DNA of 64,000 nucleotides from a virus (lineage: Duplodnaviria; Heunggongvirae; Uroviricota; Caudoviricetes), in the IMG/VR virus record IMGVR_UViG_3300006217_000028; one strand, given 5' to 3'. This document shows positions 35,952-46,154 of this stretch, in pieces; position 1 is the stretch's first letter, and each line of letters opens with the position of its first letter. A model generated the notes under the pieces. The model did no database searches and was not told the DNA's origin. It worked only from the letters and a program-made list of their open reading frames with translations. The position numbers and the translations under genes were made by a program.

Positions 35952-36446
35952 ATGGCTCGCAAAGATATACCCAATATCATTATTGAAGAAGCTAATATCC
36001 TGTTCCGTAACTTCGCCGGTAAGGCGGACAAGTACAACCGTGAAGGCAACCGCAATTTCTGTGTGATTATCGACGATACGGAACAGGCGCAGAGACTCTT
36101 GGAAGACGGATGGAATGTTCGCATTCTTCCAGCCAGGGATGAAGACGAGGAGCCTCGCCATTACATCCAAGTAGCCGTGAGTTTCAAGAACATTCCGCCC
36201 CAGGTGCATCTGCTGACAGAACGGCAGCGTCGTAGAAAAGAGGCCGGAACACGACTGGACGAAGAGTCTATCGTATGCCTTGATACGGCAGATATTGTGA
36301 ACGTAGATCTTGTCATTCGTCCATACGAGTGGGAAGTCAACGACAAGAGAGGCGTCAAAGCCTATCTGAAGACCATGTATGTAACCATCGAAGAAGACGA
36401 GTTTGCTGAGAAGTACGCAGCTTTGGAGGGGCCTGCTGACGACTAA
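35952..36446 (+). CDS. Hypothetical protein (164 aa), possibly SSB-like (DUF2815-like)
   Basis: RBS AAGGGAGG. Placed after the polymerase. The call rests on weak pattern similarity only. Confidence 0.4.
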   Translation: MARKDIPNIIIEEANILFRNFAGKADKYNREGNRNFCVIIDDTEQAQRLLEDGWNVRILPARDEDEEPRHYIQVAVSFKNIPPQVHLLTERQRRRKEAGTRLDEESIVCLDTADIVNVDLVIRPYEWEVNDKRGVKAYLKTMYVTIEEDEFAEKYAALEGPADD

Positions 36447-36550
36447 GCAAATGGATATTTTCGGAGTGCCGTCTTTACATGACGTGTTAAATGTCCAGTA
36501 AACCGAGATAAGAGGAAACAGCTCCATGTAAACTGAAAGGAGAATCTAGC

Positions 36551-37429
36551 ATGGCGAAGTATAAGAAACCGGATTGGAAACCGAATGATGCGCCAAATAG
36601 CTGGAATGCTCGCAAAGAAAAGAAACATCCCGAACCATTAAAAAAGTCCAGTCATTACCCATGGAGCTCTAGCGAAAACGTTTCGACATCGCTCAATCAT
36701 CAAGGGGAGTTTTCGAAAAAGATAAAAACTCTTGCGTATAGCAGACCCCTTTTTGAAGTGTGGAATGATTTTGTTATGCTTGCGTCCTGCGCCATATCCA
36801 ATGCGTTTGACAGAATGAATTTCGAACAGCGTGAGAATCTCTATATGCGTATTATCAGTAAGTATAGGGACAACGACCGTTATGTGTTTACAGAGTTACT
36901 TACGCTAACAGTTGACGCGCTGGAAAAGAATCCAGACCAGGACTTCCTCGGGAGTATCTTTATAGAGTTAGGGCTGGCCAATAAGCACAACGGACAATAT
37001 TTCACACCGTACGATGTTGCAAAAGCTATGGCAGAGATAACTCTTGGTGACGTTGAGGACACCTTGGCCAAGAGTGGAGCTGTTACAATACATGACTCAT
37101 GCTGCGGCAGCGGCGCTCTTTTAATTGCATCCATAAACGTAGCGCGTAAGAAGTTAAGTTGTAGTGGGATAAATTTCCAAAACGTTGTCTTTGTTTCGGC
37201 TCAAGATATTGACCCAACTGTGGCGGCCATGTGTTACATCCAGCTTTCACTTCATGGTGTAGCGGGGCACGTTAAGGTTGGAAACGCCCTTGTGGAGCCT
37301 GTAGCGACTACAGATTACTTCGAGAATTACTGGTTTACACCTATGTACTTTTCTGATGTATGGCGTACCCGGAGAACAATTGCGGCATTCATGGACTTGA
37401 TAGGGGGTATTGACAATGAAAAAATTTGA
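36551..37429 (+). CDS. HsdM-like N6-adenine methyltransferase homologue, truncated, lacking the NPPF catalytic motif
   Basis: 292 aa. DFLGSIFIELGLANKHNGQYFTPYDVAKAMAEI (HsdM N-terminal substrate-binding region). Motif I IHDSCCGSGALLIA (DPACGSG). ...DIDPTVAAMCYIQLSLHGV matches E.N..T..LA.MNL.LHGI. NPPF is replaced by ...YWFTPMYF..., and the protein ends about 150 aa short of a full HsdM. Confidence 0.55.
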   Translation: MAKYKKPDWKPNDAPNSWNARKEKKHPEPLKKSSHYPWSSSENVSTSLNHQGEFSKKIKTLAYSRPLFEVWNDFVMLASCAISNAFDRMNFEQRENLYMRIISKYRDNDRYVFTELLTLTVDALEKNPDQDFLGSIFIELGLANKHNGQYFTPYDVAKAMAEITLGDVEDTLAKSGAVTIHDSCCGSGALLIASINVARKKLSCSGINFQNVVFVSAQDIDPTVAAMCYIQLSLHGVAGHVKVGNALVEPVATTDYFENYWFTPMYFSDVWRTRRTIAAFMDLIGGIDNEKI

Positions 37430-37697
37430 CCTCGGTATGCTTGTAGCAACGCTCGGGGTAAACAGCCGCATGGCATTCGACACGAGTTTTCGCGTATTTG
37501 TAACAACTTCGTTACAACGATACGAAGCCTGCGATTGGGGCACTCTTAGCAACGAAGATAAAGCTCAAAGCGAATATGCGGTCGAGCATGATGAACGCAT
37601 CATGGGGCAGTACGAGTGTTCCGGTCAACCAAAAATATGGATCATCACCGAACCGAATCGGAGCACCACTACGGTTCTATTTCCTGAAGAATACTAA
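37416..37697 (+). CDS. Hypothetical protein (93 aa)
   Basis: RBS AGGGGGT. Overlaps the upstream stop by 14 nt. C-terminal KIWIITEPNRSTTTVLFPEEY. Confidence 0.45.
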   Translation: MKKFDLGMLVATLGVNSRMAFDTSFRVFVTTSLQRYEACDWGTLSNEDKAQSEYAVEHDERIMGQYECSGQPKIWIITEPNRSTTTVLFPEEY

Positions 37698-37707
37698 GGA
37701 GGCTATC

Positions 37708-38016
37708 ATGAGAGTGATTTTGACACTGGAAGACTGCCGGTGCAAATTGGTAGATTTCTATGAAACCGTAGCAAAAAGGGCAGGAATTAAGTTCGATGAC
37801 AATTCCATGTTCGACTGCCGGAAAATCCTGATTACAAAAAGGGTCCAATTTGAAATCAGGTCTTATTATCACGAACAGGGTATGACCGAGGAGGAAATCG
37901 GTATCACTCTTGCTCAGTATGGACCAAAAGCGTCATTGCAGGAAACCTTGGAGACGCCGTACATAGCCGAGATTCAGGACGGCTTTATCACCGAGTATCC
38001 AAGGTCTAGTGTGTAG
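37708..38016 (+). CDS. Hypothetical protein (102 aa)
   Basis: RBS AAGGAGG before the internal ATG. Stop abuts the next start (TAGATG). Confidence 0.45.
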   Translation: MRVILTLEDCRCKLVDFYETVAKRAGIKFDDNSMFDCRKILITKRVQFEIRSYYHEQGMTEEEIGITLAQYGPKASLQETLETPYIAEIQDGFITEYPRSSV

Positions 38017-39582
38017 ATGAGTATTGAACTTCGTAATCACCAGCTTGACGCAGTGCAGCGAATGCGTAACGGCTGTATCCTTTGCGGCGGGGTCGGTTCT
38101 GGCAAGTCCAGGGCGGCCCTGTCCTATTATTATCTTGAACAAGGCGGCGATCCCATCAGTTTGACGGGCGGCGAATATATGCCAATGGATGATACCAGAA
38201 TTCAAGACCTATATATCATCACTACCGCCAGAAAGCGCGATACGCTGGAATGGAACGGTGAACTCATACCGTTTCTGATGACCGCTGGCACTGAGAGCAA
38301 ACTATACAATCATAAAGTAATAATAGATTCCTGGAACAATATAGGAAAGTATTCGGATGTTACAGATGCTTTCTTTATATTTGATGAACAGAGGGTGGTT
38401 GGCTCTGGCGCATGGGTCAAAGCGTTCCTAAAAATCACCATGCGGAACAACTGGATTCTTTTATCAGCAACCCCAGGGGACACATGGTCTGACTATATTC
38501 CGGTGTTCATTGCTAACGGATTCTATAAAAATCGAACGGAGTTTATCCGCGAGCATATCATTTATAAGCGGTTCAGCAAGTTCCCGCAAGTAGACCGGTA
38601 TGTTAACACCAAAAGGCTTATTCGACTACGCGACCGCATCTTGGTAGACATGGATTTCGACAGACAAACTGTTTCCCATCACGAGGATGTACATGTCGGG
38701 TATGATGTTCTTGCCTATAAAGCGATAAAACGTGACCGTTGGAATCCGTTCGAGGATAAACCCATCAAAGACGCAAATGAGTTCTTTCGACTTCAAAGAA
38801 AGCTGGTAAACTCTGACGAGTCTCGCAGCGTCGCGGTTTTGGAGCTGATGGAAAAACATCCCAAAGCCATCATCTTCTATAACTTCGACTACGAGCTTGA
38901 TATTCTGAAAGAACTGGGTTACGCTGAAGGGACAGAAGTGGCAGAGTGGAACGGCCATAAGCATCAACCCATACCAGAAGGCGACGCTTGGGTCTACCTG
39001 GTTCAGTATAACGCCGGCTGTGAAGGATGGAACTGCGTTAAGACAGATACCATCATTTTCTACTCACTGAACTACAGCTATAAGGTGATGGAGCAAGCTT
39101 CTGGACGGATAGACAGGATGGACACGCCGTATAAGGATTTGTATTACTATCATCTGAAGTCAAACAGTTGGATTGACATCGAGATCAGTAAGTCGTTGGC
39201 TAATAAAAAAGACTTTAATGAGGGGGCGCATCGAGCAAAGGTGAAAAAGCAATTTGAAGAGGATGCGATAGCGGCTAAAATAGCACAGCGGCGAAGGCAG
39301 GTTCTTGTCCATAGCGTTATCTACTATCGGATGAATGATAACATTGTGGATGATCAAACCTGGTCGAAATGGGCGCTTGAGCTGGAAGAACTGCAAAAGG
39401 CATACCCCGAGATTGCCGCCAGCCTTCCTTATGCTGAAGAATTCAAAGACTTCGATCACTCCAGCGGCTACAATTTGCCTCTGGACGACCCGTGGGCTGT
39501 AAAAAAAGCGAAACAACTATTACAATGGGAAGGGAAAGGTTCTACGTATGGGACGCAAACTGAATTCGGAAACGCCGCTTGA
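38017..39582 (+). CDS. SF2 helicase (DEAD/SNF2-like phage-associated helicase)
   Basis: 521 aa. HQLDAV...CGGVGSGKS (motif I). FIFDEQ (motif II). LLSATPG (motif III). Confidence 0.65.
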   Translation: MSIELRNHQLDAVQRMRNGCILCGGVGSGKSRAALSYYYLEQGGDPISLTGGEYMPMDDTRIQDLYIITTARKRDTLEWNGELIPFLMTAGTESKLYNHKVIIDSWNNIGKYSDVTDAFFIFDEQRVVGSGAWVKAFLKITMRNNWILLSATPGDTWSDYIPVFIANGFYKNRTEFIREHIIYKRFSKFPQVDRYVNTKRLIRLRDRILVDMDFDRQTVSHHEDVHVGYDVLAYKAIKRDRWNPFEDKPIKDANEFFRLQRKLVNSDESRSVAVLELMEKHPKAIIFYNFDYELDILKELGYAEGTEVAEWNGHKHQPIPEGDAWVYLVQYNAGCEGWNCVKTDTIIFYSLNYSYKVMEQASGRIDRMDTPYKDLYYYHLKSNSWIDIEISKSLANKKDFNEGAHRAKVKKQFEEDAIAAKIAQRRRQVLVHSVIYYRMNDNIVDDQTWSKWALELEELQKAYPEIAASLPYAEEFKDFDHSSGYNLPLDDPWAVKKAKQLLQWEGKGSTYGTQTEFGNAA

Positions 39583-39790
39583 AATCACCATCAAGACTCG
39601 AAACAACCAAGAGCGCAACCAGATTGGCGAGAAGATTCATAATGTGCTAAAGGGTAATCCCGACTATGTTAATAACGCTATCGTTTTGAATATCGACCGT
39701 GATAAGCGGGTACGATTGTGGGTCTATGACGAATCAGAAACGCAGCTAAACATGGTTGCGACTAAGGAGGTGGCTCATGAAGACGGGTGA
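39548..39790 (+). CDS. Hypothetical protein (80 aa)
   Basis: Overlaps the helicase 3-prime end. Weak RBS. Confidence 0.35.
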   Translation: MGRKLNSETPLEITIKTRNNQERNQIGEKIHNVLKGNPDYVNNAIVLNIDRDKRVRLWVYDESETQLNMVATKEVAHEDG

Positions 39791-40004
39791 CGTGGTTATT
39801 GTAAAAGTCGATCCCTTCGTCGACAGGCATTACCTATACACCGGAAAAAGGAAGGCTGCCTTTATGACCGGCATAGTGGAGTTTGTATCTGAGCGGTGGA
39901 TAACGGTCATGCTGTTAAGCGACAAAAACCGTTCTCCGCTATACCGAGAGTCTTTCTGGAAGGAAAACGTTTACAAAAAACGCAGAAGGGGATATCAAAA
40001 ATGA
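39777..40004 (+). CDS. Hypothetical protein (75 aa)
   Basis: RBS AAGGAGGTGG before ATG 39777. Confidence 0.4.
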   Translation: MKTGDVVIVKVDPFVDRHYLYTGKRKAAFMTGIVEFVSERWITVMLLSDKNRSPLYRESFWKENVYKKRRRGYQK

Positions 40005-40366
40005 TTGACGCATCTCAAATCAATTGGAACATCATTGCGGTGGACTTTGACGGCACGTTGTGTGAGAACAAATATCCGAAGATAGGCGAACCGAATGAGC
40101 AGATCATCGCTTACATTCGCGGGATGAAAAAACTAGGCGCCCGGTTAATTCTTTGGACATGCCGTGCTGGGAAACTCCTCCAGGATGCGGTGGAGTGGTG
40201 TAGTGAACGGGGTATCGTCTTTGACGCCGTGAATGAGAATCTTCCGGACATCATCGAATATTTCGGCGGCGATACAAGGAAGGTCTACGCCCATGAGTAC
40301 ATAGATGATAAGAACTGCAAATTATTCGACTTGCCTTACAAGGCCGAGAGAGGAGAAATCAAATGA
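40001..40366 (+). CDS. HAD-superfamily hydrolase (putative nucleotidase/phosphatase)
   Basis: 121 aa. IIAVDFDGTLC is HAD motif I (DxDGT). Size and motifs resemble small 5-prime(3-prime)-deoxyribonucleotidases. Confidence 0.5.
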   Translation: MIDASQINWNIIAVDFDGTLCENKYPKIGEPNEQIIAYIRGMKKLGARLILWTCRAGKLLQDAVEWCSERGIVFDAVNENLPDIIEYFGGDTRKVYAHEYIDDKNCKLFDLPYKAERGEIK

Positions 40367-40923
40367 GTAAATCCTATTTTGACATCGCGATCGGAGTAGT
40401 TGGTCTTGCCGCCAGCCTGCTGGGCATCGGCTACGCTATTGGCCAGCGCAAAAAGCTGAAGGATGTGAGCGAGAAAATCGACCGCTCCGTGAGTGAGCTG
40501 TCCTCCAACATTAACATTGATATTTCGGAGGAAGTGGTCAACCGTGCCGTCACAAAAGCTATTGAGCGGGAAACTTCTCTTGCAGCCAGCCGTGCCACGG
40601 TTAATGTAGCGAACGCTATAGAATCCGATATCAGCGGTCAGGTGCGGAAGGCTGTCAACGACACTTATCAGGACATCAGGAAGTCCGTGGAAGAAGAGAC
40701 CGCGAAGAAAGTAGCGAAGATTGATATTTCTTCCTTGAAGAAGGAGGTCGTCAAAAAGGCCAAAGAGGCGGTTGCCGAGAAGTTTGACGACAGCTTGGAT
40801 GAGGTCCTGTCAGAGTTTAAGGACAATCTGGGGAATGTGGCAAAAATCTATCAATCGATAGCCAGCGTGTTCCCCAACTCTTCATCGGGAGGAAAAGCGT
40901 TCACGTTCAGCTTGGGCGCTTAG
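40363..40923 (+). CDS. Membrane-anchored coiled-coil protein (186 aa)
   Basis: N-terminal transmembrane helix IAIGVVGLAASLLGIGYAI then a long charged helical region. Confidence 0.5.
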   Translation: MSKSYFDIAIGVVGLAASLLGIGYAIGQRKKLKDVSEKIDRSVSELSSNINIDISEEVVNRAVTKAIERETSLAASRATVNVANAIESDISGQVRKAVNDTYQDIRKSVEEETAKKVAKIDISSLKKEVVKKAKEAVAEKFDDSLDEVLSEFKDNLGNVAKIYQSIASVFPNSSSGGKAFTFSLGA

Positions 40924-40988
40924 GCCTTGGCGAGTTCAGTTGATATTTTTCCTAATCAATGCTATACTCATAATAGATACACTCAGCA

Positions 40989-41019
40989 CGCGCAAAATAC
41001 AGTTTCTATTATGGAAGGA
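40989..41019 (+). promoter_or_regulatory. Conserved promoter-like motif, copy 8 (CGCGCAAAATACAGTTTCTAT-TATGGAAGGA)
   Basis: See the motif family. Upstream of 41033. Confidence 0.5.
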
Positions 41020-41032
41020 GGTTGACTAAGCT

Positions 41033-41233
41033 ATGGCTGAACGCGACAATTCTTACCTTCTGGATGGAGGTGATTCTGTGGGCATGACGAACGAACAGTA
41101 CAAGGGAATGCTGCTGGATGAGTTGGAAGATTGGCAGGAAGTCCTTGAGATGGCCGTTGCGTCCGAGAACGCCGAGATTCAGAAGAAGGCTGAGAAACAA
41201 ATCGCAAAGATCAATCAAAAGCTGAAGTTCTAA
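41033..41233 (+). CDS. Hypothetical protein (66 aa)
   Basis: RBS AAGGAGGT. Confidence 0.5.
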   Translation: MAERDNSYLLDGGDSVGMTNEQYKGMLLDELEDWQEVLEMAVASENAEIQKKAEKQIAKINQKLKF

Positions 41234-41245
41234 TCTCACTACCAA

Positions 41246-41290
41246 AGGAGAGGGTCTACGGAAACGTAGGCTCTTTCTTTTTATATTTTG
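41246..41290 (+). terminator. Rho-independent terminator
   Basis: GGAGAGGGTCTACGGAAACGTAGGCTC followed by TTTCTTTTTATATTTTG. Confidence 0.5.
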
Positions 41291-41304
41291 AAAGGAGATA
41301 AATC

Positions 41305-41634
41305 ATGAAAGTAAAAACCTTAATCACATATCTTTCTCAGTTTAATCCGGAGGCCACGGTCGCTCTAAATGATTATTACGGTTATGAGGCATTGTTTGTT
41401 CTTGCCCGGTCCGATGATGACAGCAAAGTGTGGATTGAGGGAGAAGCCGACTGTGATATTCAATCTGAGATCCTAGCTCGATACGAAGCTGTTGAGGCTG
41501 GCGAATTAACTGAACTTGATTTTTACTCTGATCTTATTGAAATAGGTATAGACTATGATTTGATAAAGCGTGAGATAGGAGAAAAGGAAGCCATTTGTAT
41601 GCAAAAGTTCTGTGAAGAACACGGACTGATATAG
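41305..41634 (+). CDS. Hypothetical protein (109 aa)
   Basis: RBS AAAGGAGA. Confidence 0.5.
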   Translation: MKVKTLITYLSQFNPEATVALNDYYGYEALFVLARSDDDSKVWIEGEADCDIQSEILARYEAVEAGELTELDFYSDLIEIGIDYDLIKREIGEKEAICMQKFCEEHGLI

Positions 41635-41661
41635 AGCAAACTGCTTTGAAAGGGTGATATC

Positions 41662-41928
41662 ATGAGCACCAATGTATGCCAGGAAACTCGCTTTTGCAAG
41701 GTGGGTGAGGAGCATGGCTATTTTCACACTTGGGAGCATTACTCAAAACCTCTTCCAGCTAGTCCACTAATTGGTGGCGAGCCTGCTGGAGTGTTTAGCC
41801 AGGTATTTGGAATTGTAGAGTTTCATGATGGCGTCCGCCGGATAGATCCAGTACGAATCACATTCCTCGACGAGGTTCCGAAAGAACTAATGGATATAAA
41901 GAAATATATCGAGGAGGAAATAAAGTAA
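41662..41928 (+). CDS. Hypothetical protein (88 aa)
   Basis: RBS AAAGGGTGA. Confidence 0.45.
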   Translation: MSTNVCQETRFCKVGEEHGYFHTWEHYSKPLPASPLIGGEPAGVFSQVFGIVEFHDGVRRIDPVRITFLDEVPKELMDIKKYIEEEIK

Positions 41929-41974
41929 AGCTAGAGACAGTCCTAGTTCTTATATACTTGAAAGGAGAAAAAAC

Positions 41975-44026
41975 ATGAGCATGGAATTTATCAACTTCAG
42001 AACGGCTATTATGGAGCACTTTGCCAAGCTGAGCGAGACTGCTGATCACCTTTACGAGGTAGAAGTAGACAAGGACGAACTGTGGAACCTGTATCTGGAC
42101 AGCTTCCCGGCTGGAACAAATGAAATCTATCGGGAGCGCCGCGAGTACGATTGCAGTTGCTGCCGGCAGTTCATCCGTGCTATCGGCAATGCTGTAGTCA
42201 TTAAAGACGCTATTGTCCATACCATTTGGGAACTTACCGATCTCGGTTCCACATTCCAGCCAGTTGCAGATGCTCTGGACGCTTTTATCAAGACCCACGC
42301 TGTCACGGATGTTTATATTTCCAAGTTTGCTAAGATTGGAACCAATAAGAACCACGAACAGCTTTCAGACGGCACTGTTAAAACATGGAATCATCTCTAT
42401 TTGGAACTCTCCTCCAAATTCGTCGATACGAGCAAACGTTCTGTCGGCGACCTTAAAGGACCGTACCGGGATACTAAAAACGTCTTCAAACGTTCTCTGG
42501 AGGAGATTACAGATGATGCCGTTGACACTGTGTTGGAACTGATTGGCCAGAAGTCCTTATACAAGGGTGAAGAGTGGCAGCACGCTTTGAAGGAGTTTAA
42601 GAAGTACAAGACCCTGTATACTGCCACGCCAGATGATCTCCGTGACAACTTTGCCTGGGAACAGTCTATGAAAGCCGGTATGACAGTGGGGCGAATCCGT
42701 AATCACAGCATGGGCACCCTTCTGACTAACATCAGCGAGGGAATGGCGCTGGATGAAGCTGTCCGTAAATACGAGGCTATCGTGGCCCCAACAAATTACA
42801 AGCGCCCGAAAGCTATTTATACGAAAAGGATGTTGGAGGATGCAAAGAAAACAATCTCTGACTTAGGATATTTGTCGTCCCTCGGAAGGCGGTTTGCCAC
42901 TTTGGATGACATCACGGTAAACAATATCCTGTTTGCCAATAGAAATGCAACGCGGCGTATCAATGCTGCAAATGATATTTTCGGTGAGATGGAGCAGGAA
43001 ATCTCAGTGGATCCGAGAAAGTTCTCTCGGGTACAGGAGATCTCGATTGAGGACTTCATTAAGAATGTCCTGCCGACTGCAACTTCTGTGGAGGCTTTGT
43101 TGGAAAACCGACACGCGTCAAATATGGTCTCGTTGATTGCTCCAGCCGAAAAGCAGAGCCCTTCAATGTTTAAGTGGAACAACGGCTTCAGCTGGGCCTA
43201 CGCTGGTAATATCACCGACAGTAATATCCGGGAAAATGTGAAGATGGCCGGTGGCAAGGTAGATGGTGTCCTTCGTTTCTCTATCCAGTGGAACGATGAA
43301 GATTACTGCCCGAACGACTATGATGCTCACTGCAAACTTCCCACTGGAAATGAAATTTATTATGGTTGTAAGCGAGATGCATATAGTGGTTGCGCACTGG
43401 ATGTCGATATCATCGACCCGAGACGGGGTATACCGGCAGTTGAGAATATCGTATGGCCGTCAAAAGAGCGCATTAGAAAAGGCACATATCTGATGTACGT
43501 TCACTGCTACACCAACAGGCGCGGAACAACTGGTTTTAAGGCGGAGATAGAGTTTGACGGAACAATCCACTCCTTTGAGTACAATAAGGCCCTTCGGCAG
43601 GATGAGATTGTCAAAGTTGCAGAGATTACCTATGATCCTGCAACCGGATTCTCTATCAGGCCACTGATCCCCGACACCGTGTCTGCCAGGGATATTTGGG
43701 GAGTCAAGAGTAACCAGTTTGTACCTGTCTCTGTAATCATGTTCTCCCCGAACTATTGGGATGAGCAGGATGGGATCGGGCACAGGCACTATTTCTTCAT
43801 GCTCAAGGATTGCGTCAACCCGGAAAGGCCAAATGGGTTCTATAACGAATTCCTGAAGCCGGAACTTGAGCAGCATCGTCGAGTCTTTGAAGCTCTCGGA
43901 AGCAAGGCGGCGGTACAGGACGTGGAGAATCAGCTTTCTGGACTGGGCTTCTCTGCTACCAAGCGGAACAGCCTGTTGGTTAAGGTCAAAGGCGCCACCG
44001 AGCGCATTTTGAAAATTATATTTTAA
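41975..44026 (+). CDS. Large hypothetical protein (683 aa)
   Basis: RBS AAAGGAGAAAAAAC. No motifs I can assign with confidence. Confidence 0.55.
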   Translation: MSMEFINFRTAIMEHFAKLSETADHLYEVEVDKDELWNLYLDSFPAGTNEIYRERREYDCSCCRQFIRAIGNAVVIKDAIVHTIWELTDLGSTFQPVADALDAFIKTHAVTDVYISKFAKIGTNKNHEQLSDGTVKTWNHLYLELSSKFVDTSKRSVGDLKGPYRDTKNVFKRSLEEITDDAVDTVLELIGQKSLYKGEEWQHALKEFKKYKTLYTATPDDLRDNFAWEQSMKAGMTVGRIRNHSMGTLLTNISEGMALDEAVRKYEAIVAPTNYKRPKAIYTKRMLEDAKKTISDLGYLSSLGRRFATLDDITVNNILFANRNATRRINAANDIFGEMEQEISVDPRKFSRVQEISIEDFIKNVLPTATSVEALLENRHASNMVSLIAPAEKQSPSMFKWNNGFSWAYAGNITDSNIRENVKMAGGKVDGVLRFSIQWNDEDYCPNDYDAHCKLPTGNEIYYGCKRDAYSGCALDVDIIDPRRGIPAVENIVWPSKERIRKGTYLMYVHCYTNRRGTTGFKAEIEFDGTIHSFEYNKALRQDEIVKVAEITYDPATGFSIRPLIPDTVSARDIWGVKSNQFVPVSVIMFSPNYWDEQDGIGHRHYFFMLKDCVNPERPNGFYNEFLKPELEQHRRVFEALGSKAAVQDVENQLSGLGFSATKRNSLLVKVKGATERILKIIF

Positions 44027-44039
44027 GGAGGACATAACA

Positions 44040-44426
44040 ATGGAGGCTAACAAAATGTTTGAGGTCGCGGTTCGTAACAAATTCCGCTTCCCCTTCAGAG
44101 GAGCTATTTCTGTGGAGGACCTGTGGGATCTGTCGGTTCAGCAGTTGGACGGCATCTTCAAAACACTCAAGTCCCAGGAAAAGAAGGCCACAGAAGAGAG
44201 CCTGTTGGACACCCAGACACCGGAAGACGAAATGCTGAAGACCAAAATCGAGATTATCCGGTACATCGTCTCGGTAAAGCTGGATGAGATTAAGGCGGCT
44301 CAGTACGCCAAGGATACTCGCGACAAACGCGAGAAGATAATGGCTGTTCTCGCCGACAAGCAGGATGAGGATCTTCGTAGCAAGACGTCGGAAGAGCTCC
44401 AGGCCATGTTGGAGCAGCTTAAATAA
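44040..44426 (+). CDS. Hypothetical protein (128 aa)
   Basis: RBS AAGGAGG. Lys/Glu-rich helical. Confidence 0.5.
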   Translation: MEANKMFEVAVRNKFRFPFRGAISVEDLWDLSVQQLDGIFKTLKSQEKKATEESLLDTQTPEDEMLKTKIEIIRYIVSVKLDEIKAAQYAKDTRDKREKIMAVLADKQDEDLRSKTSEELQAMLEQLK

Positions 44427-44440
44427 GAGAGTACGAATAA

Positions 44441-44480
44441 TGGGGAGGGCCTCAGAATGCTGGGGCTCTCTTTCATTATA
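44441..44480 (+). terminator. Rho-independent terminator
   Basis: GGGGAGGGCCTCAGAATGCTGGGGCTCTC followed by TTTCATTATATTTC. Confidence 0.4.
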
Positions 44481-44665
44481 TTTCAAGGAGAAAATGAGAT
44501 GAACGAGCTCGTAAAAGTATTACTTGTCACCTGTCTGGTTTGTTCTGAATGGCAGATGGCAAAAGGATATCATCGTAAGCAAAGTTTGATAGATATTGTT
44601 TATTGAGGGATTTTAAGACTTATCCTTATTATCTCTCTTAAATGACCAATCGAAAGGAGAAAAAG

Positions 44666-45421
44666 ATGCCTAATTGGGTTAAGAATATCGTTTGCATGAA
44701 GGGAATCGCTCAGGAACCGCTTTTCACGGAGGAGGGTGGCGTTAAGAAATTCGATTTTAATACGTTGATTCGTATGCCGCCATCACTCAATATTGAGAGT
44801 GGTTCCATGACTGATGAAAATATTATCTATTATCTTACCGAGCGGTGCACCATACCATTGGATAAGCTCTCAGAAGATAAAAAGGAACTTTTGAATAAGC
44901 TTGTCAGAAACATACTCGGCGGTGAGAAATGGCATGAGACAGTGTTTCTTAGAGTAATGTCTCATGCGTTCGATGAATCCGAGGAAAAAAAGACAAAACG
45001 ATATACGGATGGCGGAGTATATGTCGCCAACTATCAGCGCTATGGTGCACCAACATGGTATAACTGGTGCTGTGAAAATTGGGGGACAAAATGGAACGCT
45101 TGTAGAACAAACACTGTGGACGATAACACCATCAGCTTCAACACAGCTTGGGGAACTCCCTTACCTGTCATTGCACGATTAGCGGAGACGTATCCAAATC
45201 GAAAGATTGAGCATTGGTGGGCAGATGAAGATGTTGGTCGCAACGATGGATATGCTAAATACATCGGCGGCATTCGGGAAGTTTGTATTCATTATGATGA
45301 ATACTCAAAGGGTGCCTGTGCTACTTATATTCGCTGCTGGGGTGAGAGTAGGTGCTTATATAAAGATGAAGACGGAGAATGGCACAAACACGACTGTGAT
45401 GATTGCCATGGTTGCGACTGA
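44666..45421 (+). CDS. Cys-rich protein, DUF1281-like (251 aa)
   Basis: WCCENWGTKWNAC motif. C-terminal HKHDCDDCHGCD. RBS AAAGGAGAAAAAG. Confidence 0.45.
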   Translation: MPNWVKNIVCMKGIAQEPLFTEEGGVKKFDFNTLIRMPPSLNIESGSMTDENIIYYLTERCTIPLDKLSEDKKELLNKLVRNILGGEKWHETVFLRVMSHAFDESEEKKTKRYTDGGVYVANYQRYGAPTWYNWCCENWGTKWNACRTNTVDDNTISFNTAWGTPLPVIARLAETYPNRKIEHWWADEDVGRNDGYAKYIGGIREVCIHYDEYSKGACATYIRCWGESRCLYKDEDGEWHKHDCDDCHGCD

Positions 45422-45467
45422 TCTACTGTAAGTCCATGTAAAAACAAATTAAAATGAAGGAGGATCT

Positions 45468-46154
45468 ATGGATATTTTAGTTGGAAAACGCAATCAGGGT
45501 AAAACGACGCATTTGATTGAAATGTCAGCGGCTGGGAAAGGAATTATTGTGACACCGAGTGAGCGGAGCGTCAAGTACATTATCAATCGGGCCAAGGAAA
45601 TGAAGCTAGATATTCCCGAACCAATTAGTTGGGGTCGGTTAGTTTTGCCCGGTTATCATCGTGGTTACAGAGGCCCCTTCCTTCTCGATGAACTTGGCGG
45701 AATCCTAAGGGGGCTTGAAATCGAAACCGCAATTCTCGATGATGAATGTAATGTCGAGAATCTGTCTGGTGAACCGTTGCACTACGGTGATAGGCTGACT
45801 GAAAAGATCCGGGAGAGTGCAAAGGATTTCAACAAGCTTTCGGACTTTGACAAGTTTGTCCTAAATAACGGGTATCGGTATGAAACTCGGGAGGCGTTGC
45901 AAGCTGGATATGACCGTCACTGGAAAGCAACCCATGATATTTTGGTGACAATTGAGGAGTTTCTCGCAGAAGCTGAAAAGAAACCGAGTGATCCGGCCAC
46001 TGGTGTATATGAAGTCCTTGTCAGCCTTGTTGAGGATAAGAAACTCCGTCCCAGAGAAGTTCTCAGTTATGCGCACTTCCGTTGGTGTCTCGACGCTCCG
46101 GAGGCGATTGTCGCTTGGCAAACGTTTTCAGATTATGTTCATGAGCATGGGTGA
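45468..46154 (+). CDS. P-loop NTPase-like hypothetical protein (228 aa)
   Basis: GKRNQGKTT Walker-A-like motif. RBS GAAGGAGG. Confidence 0.5.
   Translation: MDILVGKRNQGKTTHLIEMSAAGKGIIVTPSERSVKYIINRAKEMKLDIPEPISWGRLVLPGYHRGYRGPFLLDELGGILRGLEIETAILDDECNVENLSGEPLHYGDRLTEKIRESAKDFNKLSDFDKFVLNNGYRYETREALQAGYDRHWKATHDILVTIEEFLAEAEKKPSDPATGVYEVLVSLVEDKKLRPREVLSYAHFRWCLDAPEAIVAWQTFSDYVHEHG

Noticed and set aside
41010-41024. ATG inside promoter-like motif copy 8 (TATGGAAGGAGGTTGA)
   Set aside because: ATG GAA GGA GGT TGA is a 4-codon frame. The GGAGG here is the RBS for the real start at 41033.
45952-46134. N-terminal extension of the RlmN-like ORF back to a TTG at 45952
   Set aside because: Wholly overlaps the P-loop ORF in another frame. 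Shows no RlmN similarity and has no RBS. The homology begins at the MFMSMGEPL ATG cluster at 46135-46149.
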